Positions 7,377-17,228 are shown, counted from the first letter of the stretch. The stretch is 56,675 nt of DNA from Methylomonas sp. (GCA_026988195.1 JALSLS010000237.1:1-56675), one strand, 5' to 3'. Notes: generated from the sequence alone by a model not told the origin. Numbers and translations are program-made.

Positions 7377-8805
7377 TATCTCTAATTGAATTAATAATTG
7401 ATGTGGTTGAGTGGCCTTCAAAAAGGGATAACATTTTGACTTCTCCTCCATTGGCTAAAACACTAGCATGTCCAGCAATAGCTGTTACATCGGTATAGTC
7501 TCCTCCTTTAGCCAAAATATCTGGTAATAAAAAGTCAATTTCCGGCTTTGGTGTATCTCCTTCAAAAGGCAATACCCAATCAACACACTCCAAAGCAGCC
7601 AACATTTCCATTCTATATTGTAAATTATTTAAAGGCCGCTCAGGCCCTTTAAGCCGCGTTACTGATGCATCGCTATTAACAAGGATTATCAACCTATCAC
7701 CCAAGGCTTTAGCTTGTTGTAGATAACGAACATGTCCTGGGTGTAAAATATCAAAACAACCATTCGTTAAAACAATTTTTTCACCCTCTGCTTTAGCACC
7801 TTGCATTGCGTGTTTTATATCCTCTAATGAACCCACACCACGATGATGTGCGCGCTGACCTTGTAAGGCGTAAGATAGCTCTTCAGGGGTAACTGTTGCA
7901 GTCCCTAGTTTACCCACTACGATACCGGCTCCCATATTAGCTAACAAGGTTGCCTCTGCAAGCGATTTTTTTGCCGCTAAACTAGCTGCTAATACTGATA
8001 TAACAGTATCCCCAGCACCCGTAACATCAAATACTTCCCGCGCATGAGTTGGAAGGTGTAAAGGCTCTTCATCTTTAGTAAGCAACGTCATTCCTTGCTC
8101 CCCCTGCGTCACCAATAAGGCAGTAAACTCCATCTCCGTTAATAGATTTACTCCTCTTTCAACTATTTGCTGCTGGTTTTCACATGCACCAACAACCGCT
8201 TCAAACTCACTCAAATTAGGAGTGATTAAAGTCGCTCCTTTATATTTACTAAAATCACTGCCTTTTGGGTCAATTAATACCGGTTTTTTTAACTTTTTAG
8301 CTAAGCCAATAAAGGGTTCAACGGGATTTAATGTGCCTTTACCATAATCGGATAAAATAATAGCATCAGATTGCATCATTTCAGCATGATACTGATGCAG
8401 TAATTGCTCATTATCAACTCCATGAAAACCGTCTTCAAAATCTAACCTTATAAGCTGTTGATGACGGCTCATCACCCTAAGCTTAGTAATAGTTGGATAA
8501 TCATTTAAAGCTTCAAACAGACATAAAACACCCGCATCTTGTAACAGTACGTTTAAATGTTCAGCGGGGTCGTCTTGTCCTACAAACCCCATAACAGACA
8601 CTTTACCCCCTAACGCAGCAATATTTAATGCCACATTACCAGCTCCACCTGCTCGCTGTTCATCATTTTTAACATGAACGACAGGAACAGGTGCTTCTGG
8701 TGAAATGCGTGAGGTTGTTCCATGCCAGTATCGATCTAGCATTAAGTCACCAATAACCAGCACTCGCCCTGTAGAATAATTTGGTAATTGCATAGGTTTA
8801 AACAC
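7366..8805 (-). CDS. hldE: Bifunctional D-beta-D-heptose 7-phosphate kinase / D-beta-D-heptose 1-phosphate adenylyltransferase
   Basis: 479 aa. The N-terminal PfkB-type kinase domain has VIGDLMLDRYWHG and DVTGAGDT. The C-terminal cytidylyltransferase domain has TNGCFDILHPGHVRYL. Confidence 0.93.
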   Translation of the reverse strand: MFKPMQLPNYSTGRVLVIGDLMLDRYWHGTTSRISPEAPVPVVHVKNDEQRAGGAGNVALNIAALGGKVSVMGFVGQDDPAEHLNVLLQDAGVLCLFEALNDYPTITKLRVMSRHQQLIRLDFEDGFHGVDNEQLLHQYHAEMMQSDAIILSDYGKGTLNPVEPFIGLAKKLKKPVLIDPKGSDFSKYKGATLITPNLSEFEAVVGACENQQQIVERGVNLLTEMEFTALLVTQGEQGMTLLTKDEEPLHLPTHAREVFDVTGAGDTVISVLAASLAAKKSLAEATLLANMGAGIVVGKLGTATVTPEELSYALQGQRAHHRGVGSLEDIKHAMQGAKAEGEKIVLTNGCFDILHPGHVRYLQQAKALGDRLIILVNSDASVTRLKGPERPLNNLQYRMEMLAALECVDWVLPFEGDTPKPEIDFLLPDILAKGGDYTDVTAIAGHASVLANGGEVKMLSLFEGHSTTSIINSIRDNDN

Positions 8806-8863
8806 AGTTTGTAAAACAAAATGATATTATACCCTCTTCTACCCTATCGTTGAGAGTGTAACC

Positions 8864-9211
8864 ATGAGCGTAAAAATTTATCATAATCCACGGTGCAGTA
8901 AATCCAGACAGACTTTACAATTACTGCAGGAACAAGATATTGATGTGGAAGTTATTGAGTATTTAAAAACACCTCCCACGGTAGCTGAATTAACAGATAT
9001 TCTACAAAAGCTTGAACTTGAACCTCGTGCTTTAATGCGTAAGAATGAAGCTGAGTATAAAGAAACGGGGATGAATAATACCGAGCTTAGCAATGATGAG
9101 CTAATTGCTGGCATGGTTGCAGCACCAAAGTTGATTGAACGTCCTATTGTTTTAGCTAATAACAAGGCAGCAATAGGCCGCCCTCCAGAAAGTGTATTGG
9201 CAATCCTTTAA
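8864..9211 (+). CDS. ArsC-family reductase (YfgD-like)
   Basis: 115 aa. It has IYHNPRCSKSRQTL with the catalytic Cys in an ArsC/Spx-fold N-terminus. It lies near hda, as yfgD does in enterics. Confidence 0.8.
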   Translation: MSVKIYHNPRCSKSRQTLQLLQEQDIDVEVIEYLKTPPTVAELTDILQKLELEPRALMRKNEAEYKETGMNNTELSNDELIAGMVAAPKLIERPIVLANNKAAIGRPPESVLAIL

Positions 9212-9228
9212 TACCCGCCATTTTAAAT

Positions 9229-9822
9229 ATGACTAAAATTTTAATCTTATATTACAGTCGCAATGGTACGACTGAGAAAATGGCTCATCAAATTGCCAGA
9301 GGTGTTGAATCTTGTGATGGGACAGAAGCTATTTTAAGAACAGTCGCTGAAATATCAACTGTCTGTGAACAATCTGAACCAGCAATCCCAAAAACAGGGG
9401 CTCCTTACGCCACACTTGAGGACTTAAAGTCATGTGATGGACTCGCCTTAGGTAGCCCGACTCATTTTGGCAATATGGCAGGGGCACTTAAACACTTTAT
9501 TGATAATACAACTGAAATTTGGTTTCCAGGTACTTTATCGGGCAAGCCTGCTGGCGTATTTACTTCAACTGGAAGCATGCACAGTGGGCATGAAAGCACC
9601 TTGCTATCCATGATGCTCCCTTTAATGCATCATGGCATGTTAATTATGAGCGTACCAAGCAATGAAATTGCCTTAAAAGAAACCTCCACAGGGGGAACAC
9701 CTTATGGACCAAGCCACCTTTCCACAAATAGTCAGAATTTAAGCTCTGATGAAAAAAGTATTTGTCGAGCTCTAGGGTATCGCCTAGCTAAAACAGCGAC
9801 AGCATTAAAACAAGCATTATGA
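9229..9822 (+). CDS. wrbA: WrbA-type flavodoxin-like NAD(P)H:quinone oxidoreductase
   Basis: 197 aa. The N-terminus KILILYYSRNGTTEKMAHQIARGVE is a flavodoxin-like FMN-binding sequence, and GSPTHFGNMAG is present. Confidence 0.8.
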   Translation: MTKILILYYSRNGTTEKMAHQIARGVESCDGTEAILRTVAEISTVCEQSEPAIPKTGAPYATLEDLKSCDGLALGSPTHFGNMAGALKHFIDNTTEIWFPGTLSGKPAGVFTSTGSMHSGHESTLLSMMLPLMHHGMLIMSVPSNEIALKETSTGGTPYGPSHLSTNSQNLSSDEKSICRALGYRLAKTATALKQAL

Positions 9823-10166
9823 AAAGAATCTATTATTACTACCTTGGGTTAACAGGATTTTTTGGCTTATTTATCCTGCTCATGCTATGGAATACTATTC
9901 TTGTTCCATCAACCCACCTCCCTATTTCTTTAGTGCTTTTTGTCATTATTACCCCCTTATTATTACCTATGAGAGGCTTATTAAATGCTAATTTAAAAAG
10001 CTGTACCTGGATGACTTACATCAGTTTATTTTACTTTACTCATGGTGTAGCAGAAGCTTTTAACTCGCCTGCTGAAATAGTGTATGCCTTATTAGAGGTG
10101 TTTTTTAGCCTACTACTTTGCACAGGGTGTGCTTTTTATGTTTATAAAGCAGAAAAAATCAAATAA
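9819..10166 (+). CDS. DUF2069-family small membrane protein
   Basis: 115 aa with 4 predicted TM helices. It overlaps the wrbA stop by 4 nt. A wrbA-DUF2069 pairing is common in gammaproteobacteria. Confidence 0.6.
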   Translation: MKRIYYYYLGLTGFFGLFILLMLWNTILVPSTHLPISLVLFVIITPLLLPMRGLLNANLKSCTWMTYISLFYFTHGVAEAFNSPAEIVYALLEVFFSLLLCTGCAFYVYKAEKIK

Positions 10167-10170
10167 TCTT

Positions 10171-10872
10171 GTGTCAGAACAACTTCCTTTACAGTTTGAA
10201 TTTCAGTCAAACCAAAACTTCAATACTTTCTACCCCGGAAGTAACGAAGAGGTTATTAATCATCTACGCCATATTTTTACTAGTAACGAACAACAAATTT
10301 TTTTATGGGGTGCTGACGGAACCGGTAAAACACACTTATTACAAGCAGTCAGCCAAGAAAGCAATCAACAGAATAAAAGCAGCTTCTATTTTTCATTCGA
10401 AAGCCAACAACTACCTGAACCAGAGATGTTAAATGGCTTAGAGAGCTTTGATATAGTTTGTTTTGACAATATTGATTGCATAGCAGAAAACACAGAATGG
10501 GAACATGCTTTTTTTAACTACTTCAATATACATAGAGATGCTAATAAAAAACTGATTTTATCTGCACATTGCCCACCCAAATTTTTACCTATACAGCTTC
10601 CTGACCTAAAAACTCGTATGAGCTGGGGGCTGACATTAAAGCTCACTGCTTTATCAGATGATCAGCAACTTAATGCACTGATCTATAAAGCCAATGACTT
10701 GGGCTTTGAAATACCCGTTAATGTAGGTCGATTTTTAATGACCCACTATGCTAGTGATATGCCATCAATCTGGATACTATTAGATAAGATTAACCATGCG
10801 ACACTCGCAGCAAAACGTAAATTGACCATTCCTTTTTTAAAACAAATTATGAGTGATCAAAAGACATTATGA
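10171..10872 (+). CDS. hda: DnaA regulatory inactivator Hda
   Basis: It has QLPLQFEF...FNTFYPGSN (clamp-binding and N-terminal region) and the AAA+ Walker A motif GADGTGKTHLL. The start is proposed at an in-frame GTG at 10171 (233 aa), just after the DUF2069 stop. The ORF-track start at 10129 is the alternative. Confidence 0.85.
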   Translation: MSEQLPLQFEFQSNQNFNTFYPGSNEEVINHLRHIFTSNEQQIFLWGADGTGKTHLLQAVSQESNQQNKSSFYFSFESQQLPEPEMLNGLESFDIVCFDNIDCIAENTEWEHAFFNYFNIHRDANKKLILSAHCPPKFLPIQLPDLKTRMSWGLTLKLTALSDDQQLNALIYKANDLGFEIPVNVGRFLMTHYASDMPSIWILLDKINHATLAAKRKLTIPFLKQIMSDQKTL

Positions 10873-11804
10873 GCCAGGATAAAATCCTAGTTGTAGGCAC
10901 AGGAGCACTGGGTAGTTTTTATGGAGCCTTATTAAGTAAGGCCGGAGCAGATGTTTCTGTAGTCTGCCGTTCTGATTATTCAAAAGTAAAACAAGATGGC
11001 TTTCAAATCAAAAGCGATAAGCTAGGTCACTGGTGCTTCGAACCTACTCATGTTTTAAAGAGTGTAGCGGAATATAAAGACCAGGCAGATTACCTTATAT
11101 TGTGCACAAAAATCATTCCTGAAATCGACCGTGTTGAACTCATAAGACCTGCTGTTAGCTCCAAAACCCGTATAGTCTTAATTCAAAATGGCGTTGAAAT
11201 AGAACAGCCACTAGCCAATGCCTTTCCTAATAACGAAATTATCAGTGGTTTAGCTTTTGTTTGCTGTAACCGCATAGCATTAGGGATTACCCATCACCTA
11301 GCCTATGGCAAACTGACCCTTGGCAACTTTAATAAAACAACTCGCGACTCGAACAGCACCCAACATTTAGCCGCTTTAATCAATAAAGCAGGCATCGAGG
11401 CCACAGTATCAGAGAAAATCATAAGCGACCGCTGGTTAAAATGTCTTTGGAACGCTCCCTTTAACCCACTTTCAGTCTTATCAGGCGGCTTATCAACAGC
11501 TGATATATTATCCAGCCAAGAACCCCTTATCCGTACCATCATGCAGGAAGTCATGCAAATCGCTAAAGCCTGTGGTCACCCATTAGCAGTGGAAAGTATA
11601 GAGACCAATATACAGAATACTTACGCCATGCCACCCTACAAAACCAGCATGCTATTAGATTATGAAAAACATCACAGCATGGAAATAGAAGCTATTCTTG
11701 GTAACACTGTAACTGCCGCTAGAAGGGAAAACATCCCTTGCCCAACATTAAACACCTTGTATTCACTAATGAAATTGATAGAACTCAAGGAAAAGACAGG
11801 TTAA
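10869..11804 (+). CDS. panE: 2-dehydropantoate 2-reductase
   Basis: 311 aa. It has the Rossmann N-terminus ILVVGTGALGSFYGALLSKAG and a C-terminal ApbA/PanE domain with the conserved K...N...E.. region (KCLWNAPFNPLS, SMLLDYEK). Confidence 0.8.
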   Translation: MSQDKILVVGTGALGSFYGALLSKAGADVSVVCRSDYSKVKQDGFQIKSDKLGHWCFEPTHVLKSVAEYKDQADYLILCTKIIPEIDRVELIRPAVSSKTRIVLIQNGVEIEQPLANAFPNNEIISGLAFVCCNRIALGITHHLAYGKLTLGNFNKTTRDSNSTQHLAALINKAGIEATVSEKIISDRWLKCLWNAPFNPLSVLSGGLSTADILSSQEPLIRTIMQEVMQIAKACGHPLAVESIETNIQNTYAMPPYKTSMLLDYEKHHSMEIEAILGNTVTAARRENIPCPTLNTLYSLMKLIELKEKTG

Positions 11805-12076
11805 GCAGATCTCGACAAAAAAGCCAAGAAACAATAATTTCACATTACAAATCTGTTTTTTTTTAGTTTTAGTGTAGAATAAGAGGATTTTCAAAGTATA
11901 AATTATTTTTATCTTTGAATAACAAAGAGTACAAGCGCTTTATTTATCGCCTTAAAGCTGGTTAGACCAATCACTGGACCAACTCGCCCAAGAAGTATAA
12001 ATACCTTTACACTAAGACTTAAACCCTTAGTTACAGAGGATTACCGTTTTTTTTATTTCAATTTTAGAGTACAAAC

Positions 12077-14161
12077 ATGACAGATCTAGCCCTCTACAGA
12101 AACATCGGCATATTTGCCCACGTTGATGCAGGTAAAACCACAACAACTGAGCGTATTTTAAAGCTTACTGGTAAAATCCATAAATTAGGCGAAGTGCATG
12201 ATGGTGCTGCGACTACAGACTTCATGGAACAAGAGCAAGAACGTGGCATTACCATTCAGTCAGCTGCAACCTCTTGTTTCTGGAAAGATCATCGCTTTAA
12301 CATCATTGACACACCAGGACACGTTGACTTCACCATTGAAGTATATCGTTCATTAAAAGTACTTGATGGTGGCATTGGCGTATTCTGCGGATCAGGCGGC
12401 GTAGAGCCTCAATCAGAAACTAACTGGCGTTATGCGAATGACTCAGAAGTAGCTCGAGTCATCCTAGTTAACAAATTAGACCGCTTAGGAGCTGATTTTT
12501 ACCGTGTTGTTAAACAAGTTGAAGACGTTCTAGGTGCCAACCCACTCGTTATGGTTTTACCTATCGGTGAAGAAGATGATTTTGTCGGCGTAGTTGACCT
12601 ATTAACCCGTAAAGCATGGGTTTGGGATAATTCTGGCGACCCAACAAACTACGAGATCCAAGATGTACCAGCAGACATGGTAGATCGAGTAGAAGAATGG
12701 CGCGAAAAACTAATCGAAACAGCTGTCGAGCAAGATGACGACGCAATGGAAAAATACTTGGATGGCGAAGAGCCAGACATGGAAACCATCAAAGCCTGTA
12801 TTCGTAAAGGAACCATTAACCTGGACTTTTTCCCTACTTACTGTGGCTCTGCTTTCAAAAACAAAGGCATTCAACTAGTCCTTGATGGCGTTATTGACTA
12901 CCTTCCATGCCCAACAGAAGTTAAACCTCAACCTGAAGTTGATGAAGATGGTGAAGAAACAGGTGAGTTTGCTATTGTTGATGCTGAAAAGCCATTCCGC
13001 GCTTTAGCCTTTAAAATCATGGATGACCGTTATGGAGCATTAACCTTTATCCGCATCTACTCAGGTAGATTGAATAAAGGTGACTCTGTCATGAACAGCT
13101 TCACCGGCAAGTCAGATCGTGTCGGTCGCATGGTAGAAATGCATGCCGATGAACGCATCGAGCTAAACTCAGCTCAAGCAGGCGATATCATCGCTGTAGT
13201 AGGAATGAAAAATGTACAGACTGGACATACTCTGTGCGACCCTAAATATCCTGCAACATTAGAGCCAATGATATTCCCAGATCCAGTTATCTCAATTGCA
13301 GTTGCTCCAAAAGACAAAGCTGGCTCTGAAAAAATGGGGATTGCTATCGGCAAAATGATTGCTGAAGATCCATCTTTTCGTGTTGAAACAGATGATGACA
13401 GCGGCGAAACCATCCTAAGAGGCATGGGCGAATTACACCTTGATATCAAAATTGATATCTTAAAGCGTACTCATGGAATCGATGTTGAAGTTGGAAAACC
13501 TCAAGTGGCTTATCGCGAAACCATCACTAAGAGCATTGAAGACAGCTACACACACAAGAAACAATCTGGCGGTTCTGGTCAGTACGGTAAAATTGATTAC
13601 ATAATTGAACCTGGCGAACCAGGCTCGGGCTTTGTGTTTGAATCAAAAGTAACAGGTGGTAACGTACCAAGAGAATTTTGGCCTGCAGTCGAAAAAGGCT
13701 TTAAAAATAGCATTGATAACGGCGTCTTAGCTGGCTTCCCATGTCTTGATTTTAAAGTAACCTTACTAGACGGCGCCTTCCATGCGGTAGATTCATCTGC
13801 GGTTGCATTTGAAATTGCAGCAAAAGCGGCATACCGTCAATCAATTCCTAAGGCCGGACCTCAACTCATTGAGCCAATCATGAATGTTGATGTATTTACA
13901 CCAGATGATCACGTTGGTGATGTCATTGGTGACCTTAACCGTCGTCGCGGCATGATCAAATCTCAAGAAGCAGGTGTTACAGGTGTTCGCATCAAAGCTG
14001 ATGTTGCTCTAAGTGAAATGTTTGGCTATATCGGTGACTTGCGTACTATGACTTCTGGGCGCGGACAATTCTCTATGGAGTTCTCCCATTACTTGCCTTG
14101 CCCAAAAAATGTGGCAGAAGAAGTAATCAAAGAAGTACAAGAGCGTAATAAAAAGAAATAA
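12077..14161 (+). CDS. fusA: Elongation factor G, second stand-alone paralog
   Basis: 694 aa. G1-G4 motifs are present ([24 protein letters not shown]) along with full domains II-V. It lacks the SGMRKQYPQ segment found in the str-operon copy at 32019-34109. Confidence 0.93.
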   Translation: MTDLALYRNIGIFAHVDAGKTTTTERILKLTGKIHKLGEVHDGAATTDFMEQEQERGITIQSAATSCFWKDHRFNIIDTPGHVDFTIEVYRSLKVLDGGIGVFCGSGGVEPQSETNWRYANDSEVARVILVNKLDRLGADFYRVVKQVEDVLGANPLVMVLPIGEEDDFVGVVDLLTRKAWVWDNSGDPTNYEIQDVPADMVDRVEEWREKLIETAVEQDDDAMEKYLDGEEPDMETIKACIRKGTINLDFFPTYCGSAFKNKGIQLVLDGVIDYLPCPTEVKPQPEVDEDGEETGEFAIVDAEKPFRALAFKIMDDRYGALTFIRIYSGRLNKGDSVMNSFTGKSDRVGRMVEMHADERIELNSAQAGDIIAVVGMKNVQTGHTLCDPKYPATLEPMIFPDPVISIAVAPKDKAGSEKMGIAIGKMIAEDPSFRVETDDDSGETILRGMGELHLDIKIDILKRTHGIDVEVGKPQVAYRETITKSIEDSYTHKKQSGGSGQYGKIDYIIEPGEPGSGFVFESKVTGGNVPREFWPAVEKGFKNSIDNGVLAGFPCLDFKVTLLDGAFHAVDSSAVAFEIAAKAAYRQSIPKAGPQLIEPIMNVDVFTPDDHVGDVIGDLNRRRGMIKSQEAGVTGVRIKADVALSEMFGYIGDLRTMTSGRGQFSMEFSHYLPCPKNVAEEVIKEVQERNKKK

Positions 14162-14178
14162 CCGATAAAGTTATTGCT

Positions 14179-14343
14179 TAGGAACGTGCATGAAACAACT
14201 TCCCGACTTCTAACTTGTCTTTTTGCTCCAGATGGAGTGATCTCATTCGTTGCGTAGCTTGCTATGCGCCTCATGAGATCATTCCACCTGAAACAAAAAT
14301 CTTACGTTATAATTTCAGGAAGTTATTCCATACACGTTCCTTA
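14179..14343 (+). repeat. Long imperfect-palindrome repeat, family A copy 2
   Basis: It matches 5085-5249 (see that entry). The core is at 14252-14270. It lies between the fusA-paralog stop codon (14161) and the intrinsic terminator at 14346-14379. Confidence 0.8.
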
Positions 14344-14345
14344 AT

Positions 14346-14379
14346 AAAAACCCACTTAATTGCTTAAGTGGGTTTTTTT
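14346..14379 (+). terminator. Rho-independent terminator downstream of the EF-G paralog (bidirectional shape)
   Basis: In aaaaa-cccacttaa-ttgc-ttaagtggg-ttttttt there is a perfect 9-bp stem, a 4-nt loop and a 7-T tract. Confidence 0.8.
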
Positions 14380-14401
14380 ATGCCTATCAAATATTAGACA
14401 T

Positions 14402-14435
14402 AAAAAAAGCCGCCACCCCAAAAAAGGGTAGCAGC
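14402..14435 (-). terminator. Rho-independent terminator of sodB
   Basis: The minus strand reads gctgctaccc-tttttt-ggggtggcggc-ttttttt. It has a 10-bp GC-rich stem (two G-U pairs) followed by a T tract, about 20 nt after the sodB stop. Confidence 0.7.
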
Positions 14436-14456
14436 TTTTAACAGTATACTTCTAGG

Positions 14457-15038
14457 TTAAGCTGAAAAATTTGCAGATGCAAACTCCCAATTAACCAAAG
14501 CCCAAAAAGCCTCTAAATACTTAGGGCGCGCATTACGGTAATCAATATAGTAAGCATGCTCCCAAACATCACAAGTCAGTAAAGCAGTTTGACCAGTAGT
14601 AAGTGGGGTACCAGCATTACTAGTACTGACTAGTTCAATACTTCCATCAGTATTTTTAACTAACCAAGCCCAGCCCGACCCAAAAGTAGTAACTGCACAT
14701 TTAGAAAACGCTGCTTTAAACTCATCAAAAGAACCGAATTTAGCATTAATTGCATCTGCTAACGCACCCGTTGGAGCACCACCACCCTTTGGAGATAAAC
14801 TATTCCAATAAAAAGTATGATTCCAGATTTGAGCTGCATTGTTAAACATTCCACCTTCGGAGCGTGTAACAATAGACTCAAGAGATGCATCTTCAAAAGA
14901 TGTACCTGCAATTAAATTATTAAGATTGGTAACATATGTTTGATGGTGCTTACCATAATGAAATTCTAAAGTCTCTTCCGAAATATGAGGCGCAAGCGCG
15001 TCTTTAGCATAAGGTAAAGCAGGTAATTCAATAGCCAT
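14457..15038 (-). CDS. sodB: Fe superoxide dismutase
   Basis: [29 protein letters not shown] and [13 protein letters not shown] are Fe/Mn-SOD signatures very close to E. coli SodB. The start is set at MAIELP, preceded by GGAGA. Confidence 0.93.
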   Translation of the reverse strand: MAIELPALPYAKDALAPHISEETLEFHYGKHHQTYVTNLNNLIAGTSFEDASLESIVTRSEGGMFNNAAQIWNHTFYWNSLSPKGGGAPTGALADAINAKFGSFDEFKAAFSKCAVTTFGSGWAWLVKNTDGSIELVSTSNAGTPLTTGQTALLTCDVWEHAYYIDYRNARPKYLEAFWALVNWEFASANFSA

Positions 15039-15199
15039 GAATGTCTCCATCAAGCGTTAAGGATTAAAAATAAAAATATAGTCACAATAGAAAATAAAAA
15101 CCTAGTAATTCTCTAAGTAATTATACTGTATCATTGCTTATCAATTAAATAAAGTAAAATAACACACTTCCTAAACACTTTCCTGGATCCTCAAATAAT

Positions 15200-15676
15200 A
15201 TGGCAGACGAAATAGAACATAAATTCTTATTAGCAAACAATGAGTGGAAAAAAAACATTCAGCAATCATTAGAGTACAAACAAGGCTACATGATTAGTGA
15301 CCACAAGAGGTCTGTAAGGATTAGAATATCAAATAACAAAGCATGGCTAAACATTAAAAGCGCGACCATTGGTAATTTTAGAAAGGAGTATGAATACGAA
15401 ATCCCTTTAGAAGACGGACAAGAGATATTAAATACTTTATGCGAGAAACCCATTATTGAAAAAACCAGACATCTTGTTACACACAAACAACACACATGGG
15501 AAATTGATGTATTTAAGGGTGATAACGCTGGTTTAATTATTGCCGAAGTTGAATTACAATCGATAGATGAACCTTTTTCTAAACCCAGCTGGGTTGGACG
15601 TGAGGTTACAGAAGAAAGAAAGTATTATAACAACGCCTTATGTAAAAACCCTTACAACAACTGGAAACAAGCTTAA
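15200..15676 (+). CDS. CYTH-domain protein (triphosphate tunnel metalloenzyme, CyaB/ThTPase-like)
   Basis: 158 aa. It has the N-terminal EIEHKFLL (ExExK signature of CYTH). The size and the later acidic/basic beta-strand pattern fit the family. Confidence 0.7.
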   Translation: MADEIEHKFLLANNEWKKNIQQSLEYKQGYMISDHKRSVRIRISNNKAWLNIKSATIGNFRKEYEYEIPLEDGQEILNTLCEKPIIEKTRHLVTHKQHTWEIDVFKGDNAGLIIAEVELQSIDEPFSKPSWVGREVTEERKYYNNALCKNPYNNWKQA

Positions 15677-15720
15677 AATAAATATTGTATTACAGATAAA
15701 TATACTATATATTTATCTGT

Positions 15721-16410
15721 ATGAAAAAAACAACCATTGTTGCCTTTTTACTACTAACTAGCGGCAACCTATTTGCAAGCACCATTAACAGTGAGATTAA
15801 TTCAATCGAATCCCGCTGGGCAAATATATATTACGCAGAAAACAGCACTCAACAAAAAGACCACTTCCCCGCTCTAATAAAACAAACCCAGGAACTAGCA
15901 AAAAAACACCCCAAGCAAGTTGAACCGCTGATCTGGCAAGCAATTTTGATAGCAACCAACGCCGCCTACGAAGCACCTTTCGATGCACTTCACTCAATAA
16001 ACAAAGCTAAAACGCTACTTGAACACTGCATCAAAAAACAACCAAAAGCCTTAAGTGGCGCCGCACAAGTCGCTCTTGCGACTTTATATTACATGACACC
16101 CGGCTGGCCTATATCTTTTGGAGATGACGCGAGAGCCGAAACCCTGTTCAAAAAAGCCCTTCAAATCAACCCCCTAAGCATTGACTCAAACTATTTTTAT
16201 GGCGACTACCTTTTAACAAAAAACGACATAAAAAATGCGCGCACCTATTTTAAACGCGCAATAGAAGCACCAATACGCAAAAACCAACAGTTCGCAGACA
16301 TTCAATTAAAGAAAGAAGCCTTTACCGCATTAAAAAACACAGAAGACAGAAAACTTACCGCTGATAAAAGCAGGTTCCTCTCATTATTTTCTAGTGCGAA
16401 TGCCAAATAG
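15721..16410 (+). CDS. Secreted TPR-like repeat protein of unknown function
   Basis: 229 aa. It has a signal peptide MKKTTIVAFLLLTSGNLFAST and helical-repeat sequences such as AETLFKKALQINP and ARTYFKRAIEAP. Confidence 0.6.
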   Translation: MKKTTIVAFLLLTSGNLFASTINSEINSIESRWANIYYAENSTQQKDHFPALIKQTQELAKKHPKQVEPLIWQAILIATNAAYEAPFDALHSINKAKTLLEHCIKKQPKALSGAAQVALATLYYMTPGWPISFGDDARAETLFKKALQINPLSIDSNYFYGDYLLTKNDIKNARTYFKRAIEAPIRKNQQFADIQLKKEAFTALKNTEDRKLTADKSRFLSLFSSANAK

Positions 16411-16509
16411 CGAGCCCCCCCCACCCAAAAAAGCAATCAATAAAAATTTACTTACAACACCCCTGTTTCTGATATTATATGCTCACTTTTAGTAAATTCG
16501 GATAGAACC

Positions 16510-16833
16510 ATGACTTTTGTCGTTACAGAAAACTGCATCAAATGCAAATTCACTGATTGTGTTGATGTCTGCCCAGTCGACTGCTTTCACGAAGGCCCAA
16601 ACTTTCTAGTGATTGATCCAGACGAGTGCATAGACTGCACCTTATGCGAACCAGAATGCCCAGCAAATGCGATTTTTGCTGAAGATGAACTTCCTGAAGG
16701 ACAGGAGAAATTCATTGCTTTAAACGAAGAATTAGCCAAATCATGGCCTGTTATAACAGAAGTTAAAGACGCCCCTGAAAACGCCGAAGATTGGAATGGT
16801 AAAGAAGGAAAATTAGATCTTCTTGAGAGATAA
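16510..16833 (+). CDS. fdxA: 7Fe ferredoxin (Azotobacter FdxA type)
   Basis: 107 aa. [29 protein letters not shown]...[16 protein letters not shown] is the canonical [3Fe-4S][4Fe-4S] cysteine pattern. Confidence 0.92.
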   Translation: MTFVVTENCIKCKFTDCVDVCPVDCFHEGPNFLVIDPDECIDCTLCEPECPANAIFAEDELPEGQEKFIALNEELAKSWPVITEVKDAPENAEDWNGKEGKLDLLER

Positions 16834-16940
16834 ACACCGCCCCCTTAAACTGTTCAAACTTTATCTTGGACAGTTTATACCTCCCTATCTACACAACCTT
16901 CCATTAAATAAAACTTAATACCCCACCTTATTACAGCTAA

Positions 16941-17147
16941 GGCAACTGGCAAAAAATAACCCACCCAGATTGCGCAGATTTTTGTTTCTGATCAAACTAC
17001 CTCAAGAGGCGCATAGCCAGCTACGGTCGCAACCAGCACCCTGCTTCAAGCGACACTTGCACATCCGTGTGCTTCGTAACGATTGAGATGGTTTGAGCAG
17101 GGATAAAAAAGCCAGTAAGGTGGGCGGGTTATTTGTTGCTGGTTGCC
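16941..17147 (+). repeat. Long imperfect-palindrome repeat, family C copy 1
   Basis: It matches 51130-51337 in the same orientation, with 12 differences including one 1-nt indel by my count. The inverted termini are ggcaactggcaaaaaataacccaccc / gggcgggttatttgttgctggttgcc. The asymmetric centre carries the core ggcgcatagccagctacgg (17008-17026) and the hairpin gcaca-tccg-tgtgc. Confidence 0.8.
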
Positions 17148-17174
17148 TAAGCTATTAGCATCTTTGACAAAAGC

Positions 17175-17220
17175 TTCACGCATAAAAAAACCGGTATTAA
17201 CCGGTTTTTTTATGCGTGAA
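17175..17220 (-). terminator. Rho-independent terminator ending the alpha operon (bidirectional palindrome)
   Basis: ttcacgcataaaaaaaccggt-atta-accggtttttttatgcgtgaa is a perfect extended palindrome with a GC core flanked by A and T runs. It lies 9 nt after the rplQ stop. Confidence 0.8.
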
Positions 17221-17228
17221 AAGAACTT

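Noticed and set aside
10169-10432. An 87-aa ORF in an alternative frame at the 5' end of hda.
   Set aside because: It lies wholly inside the hda coding region, which has clear family motifs in its own frame. The alternative frame is a low-complexity, TTG-initiated product.
11805-12076. The 272-nt region upstream of the EF-G paralog, examined for a riboswitch, sRNA, tRNA or repeat copy.
   Set aside because: There is no match to any of the four repeat families, no cloverleaf and no convincing conserved-looking structure. There are only weak promoter-like hexamers and a T run, which is not enough to call a feature.
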